Translations under genes and position numbers: made by a program
Origin: an uncultured Thermoplasmata archaeon
Lineage (GTDB): Archaea > Thermoplasmatota > Thermoplasmata > RBG-16-68-12
Assembly (NCBI GenBank): GCA_963768855.1
Contig: CAVYJM010000021.1
Span: 1 to 64,000 of the forward strand
Length of the DNA: 64,000 nucleotides
Direction of reading: 5' to 3'
The notes under the pieces: model-generated
The model's database searches: none
The model's input: only the letters and a program-made list of their open reading frames with translations
What the model was told of the DNA's origin: nothing
Shown: piece by piece, positions 8,973 to 18,513 of the stretch
Position numbering within the stretch: the stretch's first letter is position 1
How the letters are laid out: the number at the start of each line of letters is the position of its first letter

Positions 8973-9677
8973 GTGGATTCCGCCCAAGCGCTCCTCCTGC
9001 TCGTCGTCGTTCCCGTCGCTGCGTGGGCGGGTGGGTTACTCGTCCTTCGCCGTGCGTACCAGGACGTGCAACGGGACTGGCTGTCGCGGGGCCTGACGCC
9101 GCCGTTCGTCCGGGTCATCGTCGCGAGCGTCTACGGCGCCGTGCCGGTCCTGCTGGGCCTCTCCCTCTGGTTCCTGTCGATCTCCTTCACGGACCCGCTC
9201 GCGACCGCCACATCCTCCGCCGCCCTCGACGCGGAGCGACTGTTCCTCTGGGTATCAGCGGCGAGCGCGGCCGCCGCCTGTTGCACCGTCGCGGGCCAGA
9301 CGATCGTCTTGCGCAGCCGCCTCTCGGGGTACCTCGGGTCCGATTTCGGCCGCGTCCTCCCCATTTCCGTGATCCCGTTCACCGACTCGGTCTTCGCCGT
9401 CGTCCTCGGCATCCTCGCATTCCGCTACATCGGCGGCGTCGCGCAGGGTCGCGTTGCGGCCAGCACCTCCGCGGTCGACTCCGCCGTGACCGCATTCCAG
9501 GCCTACGCCGTCGCGGGACTGGCGATTCCGGTCGCAGCGGCCGCCTCGAGCCGGGTGCGCGATCTGAGCGCTCGGGGATTTCGCCGCGCGTTGATGATTG
9601 CCGAGTTGGGCGAGCTCCCAATCCTCCTGGGTCTGGTGATGGGCTTCCTCGCGATTGGAAAGCTCTCGTTAGGGTGA
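8973..9677 (+). CDS. 6-TM protein resembling a triplicated A/V-type ATPase c/K proteolipid
   Basis: Three hairpins whose second helices align: FVRVIVASVYGAVPVLLGL, FGRVLPISVIPFTDSVFAV, FRRALMIAELGELPILLGL. Confidence 0.55.
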   Translation: MDSAQALLLLVVVPVAAWAGGLLVLRRAYQDVQRDWLSRGLTPPFVRVIVASVYGAVPVLLGLSLWFLSISFTDPLATATSSAALDAERLFLWVSAASAAAACCTVAGQTIVLRSRLSGYLGSDFGRVLPISVIPFTDSVFAVVLGILAFRYIGGVAQGRVAASTSAVDSAVTAFQAYAVAGLAIPVAAAASSRVRDLSARGFRRALMIAELGELPILLGLVMGFLAIGKLSLG

Positions 9678-9761
9678 GTCCCGGGGTTGTGCGAGAGCGA
9701 CGAGCCTACCCCGCACCCCCGTCACGGCGTCGGTCTCATCGGGGCGGGCGTCCTCTCGAAG

Positions 9762-9832
9762 TGCGCCGGGCGGGAGTCGAACCCGCCTTATGAGCTTGGG
9801 AAGCTCAGGTCCTACCGATAGACTACCGGCGC
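9762..9832 (-). tRNA. tRNA-Gly (CCC)
   Basis: Minus strand GCGCCGG acceptor pairs with CCGGCGC, discriminator A. Anticodon arm TGAGC-TTCCCAA-GCTCA. T-arm GCGGG-TTCGACT-CCCGC. No encoded CCA. TATA-like CTTAAG about 28-33 nt upstream. Confidence 0.95.
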
Positions 9833-10057
9833 GCGGTCTACCGTGAGTCAAAAGCCCGTCTTAAGACTGCTGTCAGGCGAACACCGGCTCCGTGCGCAGC
9901 ACTCTACGGTAGCCCGCAGCTGGGGCCGCAACGAGTGCCTCGCGGGAGGCGACAAAAGCCCGTGCGTTGTGGCGCGGTTCGGCAACGAACTCACAGTGGT
10001 CGAGTTCATTTCACGAGCCTCCAAGCATTTCTTCCGTTCTCCCCTACGCGACACGAC

Positions 10058-11374
10058 TCACATTGGGCGCTCGATTCGGGACAAGGACTTCGGCACTAGG
10101 ACAGAAGCTTCCGGTTCTATCTCGTGGGCGGGCGATTGAGCCCGTCCTCGGGACTCCACTCCGCTCGGCTCCTCCCGTGCGGCCGTCCGCAGTGCGGACA
10201 GGTCGTAGAGGGGACTCACCACATCATGGCGGAGGGCACCGGGCTGGAACCGTACAGCCCTTGCCAAGGCCTCGTTCGAGGCCAAGGCGGATTTCAGGAT
10301 GTTCAAACCTGCGTTGTGCTGCCGGTCCATTTCCCAGTCGCACATCTCGCAGACGAAGTCCTGGCCCACCCTATCTCGGCGCCGAGCGCCACACACTGGG
10401 CAGGTCTTGCTCGTCCAGGCAGGATTCACCTTGATGATCGGCACGCCCGCGAGGGCGGCCTTGTACTCGATCTGACGATGGAGTTCGGCACGGGGCCACG
10501 AGGAGAGACGGCGATTCATGCGATGCGACCGACCGCCCGAACCGTGGAGCGTCAGATCCTCGAGCATGATCGCGGCCTTGGTCTCCGTCGCGGCTCGCAC
10601 GAGACCTTTGCTGACCCGGTGCAGTCGCTGCTTGACTCGGGCCTGTTCTCGTGCACCTTCGTGGGCGAGCAGGCAGCCCCTGATGCGCTGATCGTGGGCT
10701 TTCTTCGCGGCCAGGCGCCTGCGTCGGCGGAAGTGCGTGGCCTGCACTTGGCGCACGCCGCCCAGATCCAAGGTCAAGAGCCAACCATTCCGGTCGGAGG
10801 CATAAACGCCATCAAGGGAATCCTCGTTGGTATCCAACGCGATGGCGGCCTCGGGTTCGCGTGGCTTTGGCGCCATCCTCCGAACTGCTAGCACGATCCG
10901 GTCGGGCGTGACCGTCAGCGAGCCGAGACTCCAGGAGGGGTCCAACAAGATGGAACGGTGCCAATCGGAGAGCGGCAGGTCAAAATCCACATGCTCCCCC
11001 CGTCGAATGGGTATGCGAAGGTGTCCCGTTATCCGATCGAGGCGATACGATTGGTTTTCTGCCTTCAAGAAGGGCCGGCGGAAGTACGGGACATCCGGCT
11101 CTCGTCCCTGACGCGCCCGCCTGCGGTAGTTCTTCAGCGCGGCCATCGCGGACTCGAAGGCGCTCGGAATGTACTGCTTGTAGACGTCGTGCTCCGCCGA
11201 CAGCCACCCGTACGCTATCTTTGTAAGGCGAAAGCGGGAGCGGACATCCTCGCGAATCGCGATACGGACGGACCGGTTTACAATGAGCCGGAACTCCCTG
11301 AGCAACCCGAGGAGGGGCGCAGGCATCTCGTTGATGGGAAAGGAGAGGCTGCGGACAATCCCCGGAGCTCCCAT
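10058..11374 (-). CDS. tnpB: TnpB-family RNA-guided nuclease (IS200/IS605, IS1341-like solo) with a non-canonical RuvC-III
   Basis: RuvC-I AIALDTNE, RuvC-II IMLEDL, IEYKA..GVPIIKVNPAWTSKTCPVCG..CEMC, RuvC-III DRQHNAGLNI. Start is uncertain (ATG 11374 preferred, 11464 possible). Confidence 0.9.
   Translation of the reverse strand: MGAPGIVRSLSFPINEMPAPLLGLLREFRLIVNRSVRIAIREDVRSRFRLTKIAYGWLSAEHDVYKQYIPSAFESAMAALKNYRRRARQGREPDVPYFRRPFLKAENQSYRLDRITGHLRIPIRRGEHVDFDLPLSDWHRSILLDPSWSLGSLTVTPDRIVLAVRRMAPKPREPEAAIALDTNEDSLDGVYASDRNGWLLTLDLGGVRQVQATHFRRRRRLAAKKAHDQRIRGCLLAHEGAREQARVKQRLHRVSKGLVRAATETKAAIMLEDLTLHGSGGRSHRMNRRLSSWPRAELHRQIEYKAALAGVPIIKVNPAWTSKTCPVCGARRRDRVGQDFVCEMCDWEMDRQHNAGLNILKSALASNEALARAVRFQPGALRHDVVSPLYDLSALRTAAREEPSGVESRGRAQSPAHEIEPEASVLVPKSLSRIERPM
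10085..10260 (-). ncRNA. Candidate omegaRNA/reRNA scaffold overlapping the tnpB 3' end
   Basis: Hairpins gggctg-N8-cagccc (10241-10260), gtccgc-N3-gcggac (10185-10199) and cgggc-N6-gcccg (~10129-10144) lie in the low-complexity C-terminal coding tail, where TnpB guide RNAs are normally encoded. Confidence 0.4.
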
Positions 11375-11551
11375 TGTCGATACCCATGTCTCCCCAGGGC
11401 GTGAAGGTTCTCGGGAGGGTAGGGTGAAAGTGGTTTTCTTGTGATTCCTCGGGGACCGGGACATCGGTCCTCGGATCGAATCCGCCTTCCCGTGTCTCGA
11501 CCGTGAGCGGGATACCGCCAACCTCATGTCAGGGAATCTCATCGTGGCGGC

Positions 11552-12208
11552 ATGGCCCGCACGATCCTCCTCACCGGGTACAACCCCTATCCCAACTCCC
11601 CGGACTACAACCCGACGGGCGTCCTGGCCCGTGAGCTCAACGGGCGCCGGATCGGCGGGGCGCGGATCTACGGCGCGCAGATCCCCGTGGCGGTCGAAGA
11701 CGCGGGGCCCGCGTTGCGGCGGCTCCTGGACCGCGCGAATCCGGATGCCGCCCTTGCGATGGGCGTGGCTCCCGGACGTTCCGCCCTGAGCGTCGAGCGA
11801 GTCGCGGTGAACCTGCTCGACTTCTCCGTCCCGGACAACCGGGGCCGACGGTACCGCGACCGACCGATCCGCGCGGGCGGACCCGCCGCGTACTTCTCCA
11901 CTCTCCCGGTCCGGAGCATCCTGGCCTCCCTGCGCCGGGAGCGGATCCCGGCGGAGCTCTCGAACACGGCGGGCACGTACCTGTGCAACTTCGCGATGTT
12001 CACCTTGCTCGATGCGTTCGCGGCCGACGGGAAGGAGGGTCCGGCCGGTTTCATCCATGTGCCTCAGGTGCCGGAGGCCAGCTTCGACAAGGCGGGCCAG
12101 CCCTCCATGGACTACGCAATGATCCGGCGCGGAATCCTCGTCGCGCTTCAAGAGATCGAGAAGGTCACGCCGCGCCCGCCGCGGCGCCGACCCGGCGCAC
12201 GGTCATGA
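11552..12208 (+). CDS. pcp: Pyroglutamyl-peptidase I
   Basis: ILLTGYNPY, VERVAVN, PDNRG, AAYFSTLP, LSNTAGTYLCN (catalytic Cys), GFIHVP (catalytic His). Confidence 0.93.
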   Translation: MARTILLTGYNPYPNSPDYNPTGVLARELNGRRIGGARIYGAQIPVAVEDAGPALRRLLDRANPDAALAMGVAPGRSALSVERVAVNLLDFSVPDNRGRRYRDRPIRAGGPAAYFSTLPVRSILASLRRERIPAELSNTAGTYLCNFAMFTLLDAFAADGKEGPAGFIHVPQVPEASFDKAGQPSMDYAMIRRGILVALQEIEKVTPRPPRRRPGARS

Positions 12209-12770
12209 GGATCTCCGCTAGCTGTCTCAACCGCGAGCCTGTGTCCCGGATCTCGAGGATTTCCTGTTTCACGGCCTCGTCCACCGGGAGCTCGGACGCG
12301 ACCTTGTAGGAGAGGGACGTCGCATCCAGGTCCTTCCACGTCTCGTCGATGACCGCCTGTCCGGACAGCTCGAGGGACTCGAGGACGCCCTCGAAGAGCT
12401 TCGCGACGGCCTCCGCGAGGCCCTCGTCCTCGGCGCCCGGCGGTTCCTCCAGGAACCGGACGTCCGCGCGCAGGTAGGGCCGGGCGCGGTCCAGTATGAG
12501 GACCTCGAACCGGCGGCGGCCCTCGACGACGATGTCGTAGCGTCCGTCGCGGTAGCGCTGGGAGGCGATGATGCGCGCCTCTGTGCCGACTCGATGCGGG
12601 ATGGCGGGAGCGCCGACCTCCTCCCCCTCGAGGATCAGGCAGATGCCGAACGGCTCGTCATGCTCGAGGCAGCGCCCGACCATCTCCCGGTACCGATGCT
12701 CGAAGATGTGGAGAGGAAGGGTGGCCCCCGGGAACAGCACGGACTGGAGGGGGAACAGCGGGATGCGCAC
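12165..12770 (-). CDS. Stand-alone LON peptidase substrate-binding (N-terminal) domain protein
   Basis: GTG start. IPLFPL..VLFPG..LPLHIFE.RY..MV..CL, VEGRRRF. No AAA or protease domain. Confidence 0.88.
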   Translation of the reverse strand: MRIPLFPLQSVLFPGATLPLHIFEHRYREMVGRCLEHDEPFGICLILEGEEVGAPAIPHRVGTEARIIASQRYRDGRYDIVVEGRRRFEVLILDRARPYLRADVRFLEEPPGAEDEGLAEAVAKLFEGVLESLELSGQAVIDETWKDLDATSLSYKVASELPVDEAVKQEILEIRDTGSRLRQLAEILMTVRRVGAAAGAA

Positions 12771-12802
12771 GGCCAGGCCAACCCGCCCGGCGAGATAAGC
12801 CT

Positions 12803-12961
12803 TCACTGGGGGCGGATGTCCACGCCCACGGACCAGGCGGTCTGGCAGCCCGGGCAAGCGACGACGCGTTTCAGGGAGTCCCCGTCATCCGCGAGCTTGA
12901 ACGTGAAGAAGAGCGGGTTGTTGCACCGCGGACAGTTGAAGTTGAGGCCGCCGACCGTCAT
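12803..12961 (-). CDS. 52-aa zinc-ribbon microprotein (absent from the ORF track)
   Basis: MTVGGLNFNCPRCNNPLFFTFKLADDGDSLKRVVACPGCQTAWSVGVDIRPQ*. Two CPxC motifs, GC-rich third codon positions, TATA-like CTTAAG about 26-31 nt upstream. Confidence 0.7.
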   Translation of the reverse strand: MTVGGLNFNCPRCNNPLFFTFKLADDGDSLKRVVACPGCQTAWSVGVDIRPQ

Positions 12962-13076
12962 GGAATTCCCTCGATGTCCACGCCGGCCTTAAGCTTGCGC
13001 CCGCGGACCCGCACGCCGTCGTGGCGAACCCCGGTGACGGCAACTTTATCACAGTCTCTCGCCTGCCGTCGCCTCG

Positions 13077-13709
13077 ATGCGCATCGAGACGCTCGTCGTT
13101 CCTCCCCTCGACAACAACGTGTACCTGGTCGTGGATGAGGCGAGTCACCAGGCCGCCGTGATCGACACGGGCCTGGGCGCGCGGGACCTCCTGGCCAAGG
13201 CCGAGAGCCTCGGCGTCAAGATCATCGCCATCCTCAACACCCACGGCCACGCGGACCACACCGCGGACGACGCGCCGCTCAAGGCCGCCACGGGCGCGAA
13301 GCTCGCGATCTTCGAGGTCGACGCGTACCGCCTCGCGCGGAACGCGAAGGAGTCGAAGTGGTTCCTCCCGGCTCCCCCGCCCGCGGTCACGGCCGACCTG
13401 CTCCTCAAGGAAGGGACCACGGTCCCGGTCGGCGGGGTCGTCCTCGAGACCCTCCACACGCCCGGGCACACGGAGGGAAGCTGCTGCTTCTACGACGAGG
13501 CCAACGGGGTTCTCTTCTCAGGCGACACGCTCTTCGCCGGATCCTGCGGCCGCACCGACACCCTCGGAGCAAGCCCCGCGAAGATGAAAGCCAGCCTGCA
13601 GCGGCTCGCTGAGTTGCCGCCCGACACGAAGGTCCTCCCGGGCCATGGCCCCGCGACCACGATCGGCAAGGAAACGTGGATCGCCGATCTCGCGTACCCG
13701 GTTGTCTGA
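13077..13709 (+). CDS. MBL-fold metallo-hydrolase (glyoxalase II-like)
   Basis: THGHADH, HTPGHTEGS, FSGDTLF, PGHG. Confidence 0.92.
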   Translation: MRIETLVVPPLDNNVYLVVDEASHQAAVIDTGLGARDLLAKAESLGVKIIAILNTHGHADHTADDAPLKAATGAKLAIFEVDAYRLARNAKESKWFLPAPPPAVTADLLLKEGTTVPVGGVVLETLHTPGHTEGSCCFYDEANGVLFSGDTLFAGSCGRTDTLGASPAKMKASLQRLAELPPDTKVLPGHGPATTIGKETWIADLAYPVV

Positions 13710-15482
13710 TTACCGTCGACCGAATCCGTTCGTGGCGAGGCGTCCGCGGCGTGCCTTCGGAACGCCCCTCAGGACCCGGACCGCGTGGCGTCGCCGACCG
13801 AGCCCGAGTCCGAGGCGGCGGTACACGACCTTCATGCTGAAGACGACGGAGAGGAAGTACGTGTACAGGATGGCCAGGGTCACGGGCCAGTAGTACTGCC
13901 ATACGATGGCCACGAGGGCGATCGTCACGAGTGTTCCGACGACGATGCGGAGGACGAACGCCTCAATCGTGGAACGGCTGTATGGGCCCCTGTCCACCCC
14001 GTAGTTCGTGTGGCGCACGGGTTCCTGGAAGGTCCGCCGCGCGGCCACGTACACCGCGAAGATGACGAACGGGGAGCACATCGCCATGACGAGATGGGCC
14101 GCGTCGCGCGTGATCGTGAGGTCGATGATCCAGGCCGCGTACAGGATCAGCGAGCCCTGGAGGAGCCGCCTCTTCCGGTAGATGGGGAGCATGCTCGGCA
14201 TCACGACGGTCCGGAGCGTGCGCTTCACCAGGTCCGCGCCGAACGTGATGGACTTCGGCAGGCGCTTCGAGAAGAACCGGGCGATCCGGTCCGAGCGCAC
14301 CATGAGCAGGGGCGCCAGGGAGCTCATCACGATGCAGAGGATTCCCGTGAAGGGCGTCAGGTACGTTCCCGCGTAGTTGTTCGGGAGGCTCGGGTTGTTA
14401 TGGATGGCCCGCGTGCCGACCGTCGCGTAGAGGACCGCTTCCTCGTTCCGGGCGATGAAGCTCGACCCGATCGCGGTGGCCGCCTTGGCGGAGAAGCCGA
14501 TCATGTAGGCCAGGCTGGCGGTCAGGAACATGTCGCTCATGAGGATGAGGGGCACCGCGATGAGCAACATCGGCAGGACGGCGGGGAGGGCCGAGGGGTC
14601 GATGAGCATCCCGAAGCTGAGGAAAAACATCGCGACGAAAGCGTCCCGGAGCGACTCCATCTTCGTCTTCAGGCGCTGGGCGAGCTTCGTGTCCGCGAAG
14701 ACCATCCCGATGAAGAACGCGCCGATGATCGCGGGGACGCGGAACGCCTGCGCGAGGGCCGCCGACAGGAAGACGATCGCCAGGGCGAAGAGGATGAACA
14801 GCTCGTCGCTCCGGATCCGCTCGAACATCTTCACCGTGTTCGGGATGACGACGGCGGCCAGGAACGTGAAGAAGCCGAGGAAGATCCCGATCCCGGCGAA
14901 CAGGAACGTCGGGTTGACCGGCGCGCCGTCCGACGAGATGACCACCCCGTTCACGAGCGTGAGGATGATCATCGCGAGGAACGATTCGAGGATCACCATG
15001 CCCAAGATGAACTCGGTCTCCGCGTTGCCGAGGCGCTTGAGGTCGATCAGGGCCTTCGCCGCGATTGCGGAGCTCGACATGCTGATGACCCCCGCCATGA
15101 AGATCGTGTCGATGAGAGGCCATCCGAGCCAGGCTCCGATGACGAAGCCGGCGAACATGTCGACCGCGAGGTTCGTGACGGCGAGGATGGCGGCCGCCTC
15201 CTTCGTGCGCCGAAGCTTCGCGATGCTGAATTCGAGGCCGACGAAGAACAGGAGGAGGACGAGGCCGAGCTGGGAGATGGACTGGATGAAGTCCGTGTCC
15301 ATCAGGATCCCGTTGTAGGAGAGCCCGAGCAGGTTCACGTGGATGTTCGGCCCAATCAGGATGCCCGCCACGATGTAGCCGATCACCACGGAGATCCGGG
15401 CCCGGCTCGCGACGGCCGCACCGAGGAATCCGACGGCGGCGATGACGCCGACCTCGAACATGATGGAGTTCGCGTCGACCAC
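13710..15482 (-). CDS. CPA2 cation:proton antiporter with an extra C-terminal membrane region
   Basis: GYIVAGILIGP, LLLFFVGLEFS, SMSSSAI, GAFFIGM, LRDAFVAMFF, ARNE. Confidence 0.85.
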   Translation of the reverse strand: MVDANSIMFEVGVIAAVGFLGAAVASRARISVVIGYIVAGILIGPNIHVNLLGLSYNGILMDTDFIQSISQLGLVLLLFFVGLEFSIAKLRRTKEAAAILAVTNLAVDMFAGFVIGAWLGWPLIDTIFMAGVISMSSSAIAAKALIDLKRLGNAETEFILGMVILESFLAMIILTLVNGVVISSDGAPVNPTFLFAGIGIFLGFFTFLAAVVIPNTVKMFERIRSDELFILFALAIVFLSAALAQAFRVPAIIGAFFIGMVFADTKLAQRLKTKMESLRDAFVAMFFLSFGMLIDPSALPAVLPMLLIAVPLILMSDMFLTASLAYMIGFSAKAATAIGSSFIARNEEAVLYATVGTRAIHNNPSLPNNYAGTYLTPFTGILCIVMSSLAPLLMVRSDRIARFFSKRLPKSITFGADLVKRTLRTVVMPSMLPIYRKRRLLQGSLILYAAWIIDLTITRDAAHLVMAMCSPFVIFAVYVAARRTFQEPVRHTNYGVDRGPYSRSTIEAFVLRIVVGTLVTIALVAIVWQYYWPVTLAILYTYFLSVVFSMKVVYRRLGLGLGRRRHAVRVLRGVPKARRGRLATNGFGRR

Positions 15483-15663
15483 TCACTCACGCTCCCGTCG
15501 ACGCAGGGAGAGCGCGATGCGTGTCGACTCGCGCGGATCGCGAGGAATCTCTGGATCCCATCCCGCTCGTCACATCGGGACTGCTGCTACAAAAGCGTAC
15601 TGTCAAAGCGGAACCCTCATACCGCAGGAGCGACCACGCGCTGGGGAACCGGGTGAGTTAATA

Positions 15664-18513
15664 ATGGCACGGCCCATCCGCGACTCCATGACCGAGGCTT
15701 GGCACGCCGTCGATGTCGAGACGGCTTTCGAGCGCCAGGCTTCCTCCCCCACGGGTTTGTCCAAGCGCGAGGCGGCCGAGCGCCTCGCGAAAGTCGGACC
15801 CAACGAGCTCGTCCAGACTGCCCGGATCAGCCCGCTCCGGATCTTCCTCGAGCAGCTGACGGACGTGCTCGTCATCATCCTGATCATCGCCGCGGCCGTC
15901 TCCGCGTACCTCGGGCTCTCCCGAAACGAGTCCACGGAGGTCTGGGATGCGGTCCTGATCGGGATTATCGTCGTCCTCAACTCCGTGCTCGGTTTCATCC
16001 AGGAGTTCCGGGCGGAGAAGTCCCTCCAGGCCCTGAAGGCCCTTGCGGCACCGAAGGCTCACGTCGTTCGGGAGGGCGAGGCGACCTACGTCCCTTCGCG
16101 GGAGCTCGTCCCTGGCGACGTCGTTCTCCTCGCCGCCGGCGACAAGGTGCCCGCGGACGTGCGGCTCTTCGAGGCGGCGAGCCTCCGCACGAACGAGGCC
16201 TCCCTGACCGGTGAGTCGACCCCGGTCAGCAAGGCCACGGCCCCGCTCCCGTCGGACGCCTTCCTCGGCGACCGGAGGAACATGGCGTTCATGGGCACGT
16301 CCGTCGAGGGCGGCCGCGGGAAAGGCCTCGTCACCGCGACGGGGATGCGGACCGAGCTCGGCACGATCGCCGGGCTCGTCCAGCAGGAGACCAAGGAGGA
16401 GACGCCCCTCCAGCGGCAACTCGACCGCCTCGGCCGCCAGATCGGCCTCATCATCCTGGCGATCGCAGGAGCCGTCTTCCTCCTCATGTTCCTCAAGGAG
16501 GCCGACCCCCTCAGCAACCTGGAGCTCCTCTTCCTGACCGCCGTCGGCCTGGCCGTCGCGGCAATCCCGGAGGGACTGCCGGCCGTCGTGACGATCAGCC
16601 TCGCGCTTGGGCTCCAGCGCATGATCCGCCGCCACGCCCTGATCCGCAAGCTGCCCGCGGTCGAGGCCCTTGGCGCGGCCACCGTGATCTGCTCGGACAA
16701 GACCGGCACCCTGACCAAGGGAGAGATGAACGTCCGCGCGCTCTACGTCGACGGCCGCGCGTATGACGTGCGGGGGGAAGGCTTCGATCCGTCCGGGGAG
16801 ATTCGTCTCGAAGGCACGGCCGTCGACCTCAAGGCCCAGCCGGACCTCCGCGAGGCCCTCGTGTGCGGCATCCTCTGCAACGACGCTTCCCTGAAGCGGG
16901 AGGGCGAACGGTGGGTGTGCGAGGGCGATCCCACGGAGGGGGCGCTCGTCATCGCCGCGATGCGGGGCGGCCTGGACGCGGACATCCTCCGGTCCGAGCA
17001 GCCGCGAGTCGCCGAGCTCGCCTTTACCTCCGAGCGGAAAATGATGTCGACCCTCCATGCGCCGCTGTCCGCCCAGGCCCTCCAGGAGATCCTTGCGGTT
17101 TCCGAGGATCGGAGGCACCTCTCCCTCGCCGAGATCGGAGCCAAGATGCTCTACGTCAAGGGTGCACCGGAGCGCGTCCTCGCCGCCTGCACCCATCATC
17201 TCGTAGACGGGAAGCGCCGCCTGCTCACGGAGTACGACCGCAAGCAGTACATGTTCCAGAACCAGGAGATGGCTACCCGCGCCCTCCGCGTCCTCGGCCT
17301 CGGCAGCCGGTCCTTCCCGTCCGAGATCCCGCCCCTGCGGGAGGAGGGGCTCGAGGGCGGCCTGACGTTCCTGGGCCTTGTGGGGATGATGGACGCCCCG
17401 CGCGTCGACGCGATGGAGGCGATCGTGCGCTGCAAGAGGGCGGGCATCCAGGTCGTCATGATCACCGGGGACCACAAGCTGACCGCGATGGCTGTCGCCC
17501 GGGAGATGGGAATCCTCGTGGAGGGCGACCGCGCGCTCACCGGGGAGGAGCTCGAAAAGGTGTCCGAAGAGGACCTCGTCCGCGATGTCGAGCGCGTCAA
17601 GGTGTACGCCCGCGTGAGCCCGGAGCACAAGATGCGGATCGTCGACTCGTGGAAGAAGAAGGGGCACGTGGTCGCCATGACGGGGGACGGCGTGAACGAC
17701 GCGCCGGCCCTGAAGCGGTCGGACCTCGGCGTGGCGATGGGGATCACGGGGACGGACGTCGCGAAGGAGAGCGCGGACATGGTCCTGACGGACGACAACT
17801 TCGCCTCGATCGTGGCCGCAGTCGAGGAAGGCCGCGGGATCTACGAGAACATCCGCAAGTTCGTCGCCTACCTGCTCTCCGCGAACGCCGGCGAAGTGCT
17901 GATTATGTTCCTCGCGACCCTGCTCATCGCCGACCCTCAATTCCTGCCCTTCTTTACGCCCGTGCAGCTCCTGTGGATCAACCTCGTGACGGACGGGCTT
18001 CCCGCCCTCGCTCTCGGAGTGGATCCATATCCGCCGGACATCATGGGCCGGCCCCCGAGGAACCCCAAGGAGGGCGTCCTCTCGCGGGACATCGTCTTCC
18101 TCATCGTGACGGTCGCCGCGATCCTGACCATCGGCACGCTGGGGATCTTCTTCTGGGAGCAGGCGGACGGTTCCGACCCGATCCGCACGCAGACGGTCAC
18201 TTTCACGACGATCGTCTTCTTCGAGCTCTTCCTCGTCTTCGCGATCCGCTCGCCCAGGCAAACGCTCCGTCAGGTCGGCCTCCTGACGAACAAGAAGCTC
18301 ATCTACGCGGTCTTGGTCTCCATGGCCCTCCAGCTCATGGTGATCTACGTGCCCTTCTTCCAGGGACCGTTCCACACGGAACCGCTCACCGCGTTCGACT
18401 GGGTGCGGACGATCCTGATCTCCCTGACCGCCTTCCTCCTCGTCGAGCTGCTGAAGTGGATCCGACAGTGGCGTGCGCGGAAGCGCTCCGCGACGAAGGG
18501 GGCTCCTGCATGA
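15664..18513 (+). CDS. P-type ATPase, Ca2+-transporting type IIA-like
   Basis: [56 protein letters not shown]. Confidence 0.95.
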   Translation: MARPIRDSMTEAWHAVDVETAFERQASSPTGLSKREAAERLAKVGPNELVQTARISPLRIFLEQLTDVLVIILIIAAAVSAYLGLSRNESTEVWDAVLIGIIVVLNSVLGFIQEFRAEKSLQALKALAAPKAHVVREGEATYVPSRELVPGDVVLLAAGDKVPADVRLFEAASLRTNEASLTGESTPVSKATAPLPSDAFLGDRRNMAFMGTSVEGGRGKGLVTATGMRTELGTIAGLVQQETKEETPLQRQLDRLGRQIGLIILAIAGAVFLLMFLKEADPLSNLELLFLTAVGLAVAAIPEGLPAVVTISLALGLQRMIRRHALIRKLPAVEALGAATVICSDKTGTLTKGEMNVRALYVDGRAYDVRGEGFDPSGEIRLEGTAVDLKAQPDLREALVCGILCNDASLKREGERWVCEGDPTEGALVIAAMRGGLDADILRSEQPRVAELAFTSERKMMSTLHAPLSAQALQEILAVSEDRRHLSLAEIGAKMLYVKGAPERVLAACTHHLVDGKRRLLTEYDRKQYMFQNQEMATRALRVLGLGSRSFPSEIPPLREEGLEGGLTFLGLVGMMDAPRVDAMEAIVRCKRAGIQVVMITGDHKLTAMAVAREMGILVEGDRALTGEELEKVSEEDLVRDVERVKVYARVSPEHKMRIVDSWKKKGHVVAMTGDGVNDAPALKRSDLGVAMGITGTDVAKESADMVLTDDNFASIVAAVEEGRGIYENIRKFVAYLLSANAGEVLIMFLATLLIADPQFLPFFTPVQLLWINLVTDGLPALALGVDPYPPDIMGRPPRNPKEGVLSRDIVFLIVTVAAILTIGTLGIFFWEQADGSDPIRTQTVTFTTIVFFELFLVFAIRSPRQTLRQVGLLTNKKLIYAVLVSMALQLMVIYVPFFQGPFHTEPLTAFDWVRTILISLTAFLLVELLKWIRQWRARKRSATKGAPA

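Larger units (their letters stand above)
10058..11470 (-). mobile_element. IS1341-like TnpB-only element or remnant; ends approximate
   Basis: tnpB lies between tRNA-Gly and pcp. No tnpA or serine recombinase gene is adjacent. Ends could not be defined. Confidence 0.5.

Noticed and set aside
9849-9963. 11-bp direct repeat caaaagcccgt at 9849-9859 and 9953-9963
   Set aside because: Both copies lie on the same side of tnpB and IS200/IS605 elements make no target duplication; only two copies, so not a CRISPR array; function unsupported.
9840-11550. CRISPR array or Cas12f locus around tnpB
   Set aside because: No regularly spaced repeats and no cas1/cas2/cas4 in the window.
11375-12151. N-terminal extension making TnpB 697 aa
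   Set aside because: It is the antisense reading of pcp and the intergenic region; TnpB-like sequence begins only near 11374.
15455-15664. Riboswitch upstream of the antiporter or P-type ATPase (gatggagttcgc resembles part of the fluoride motif)
   Set aside because: The match lies antisense inside a CDS and lacks the rest of the motif; no yybP-ykoY or c-di-AMP consensus was recognisable.
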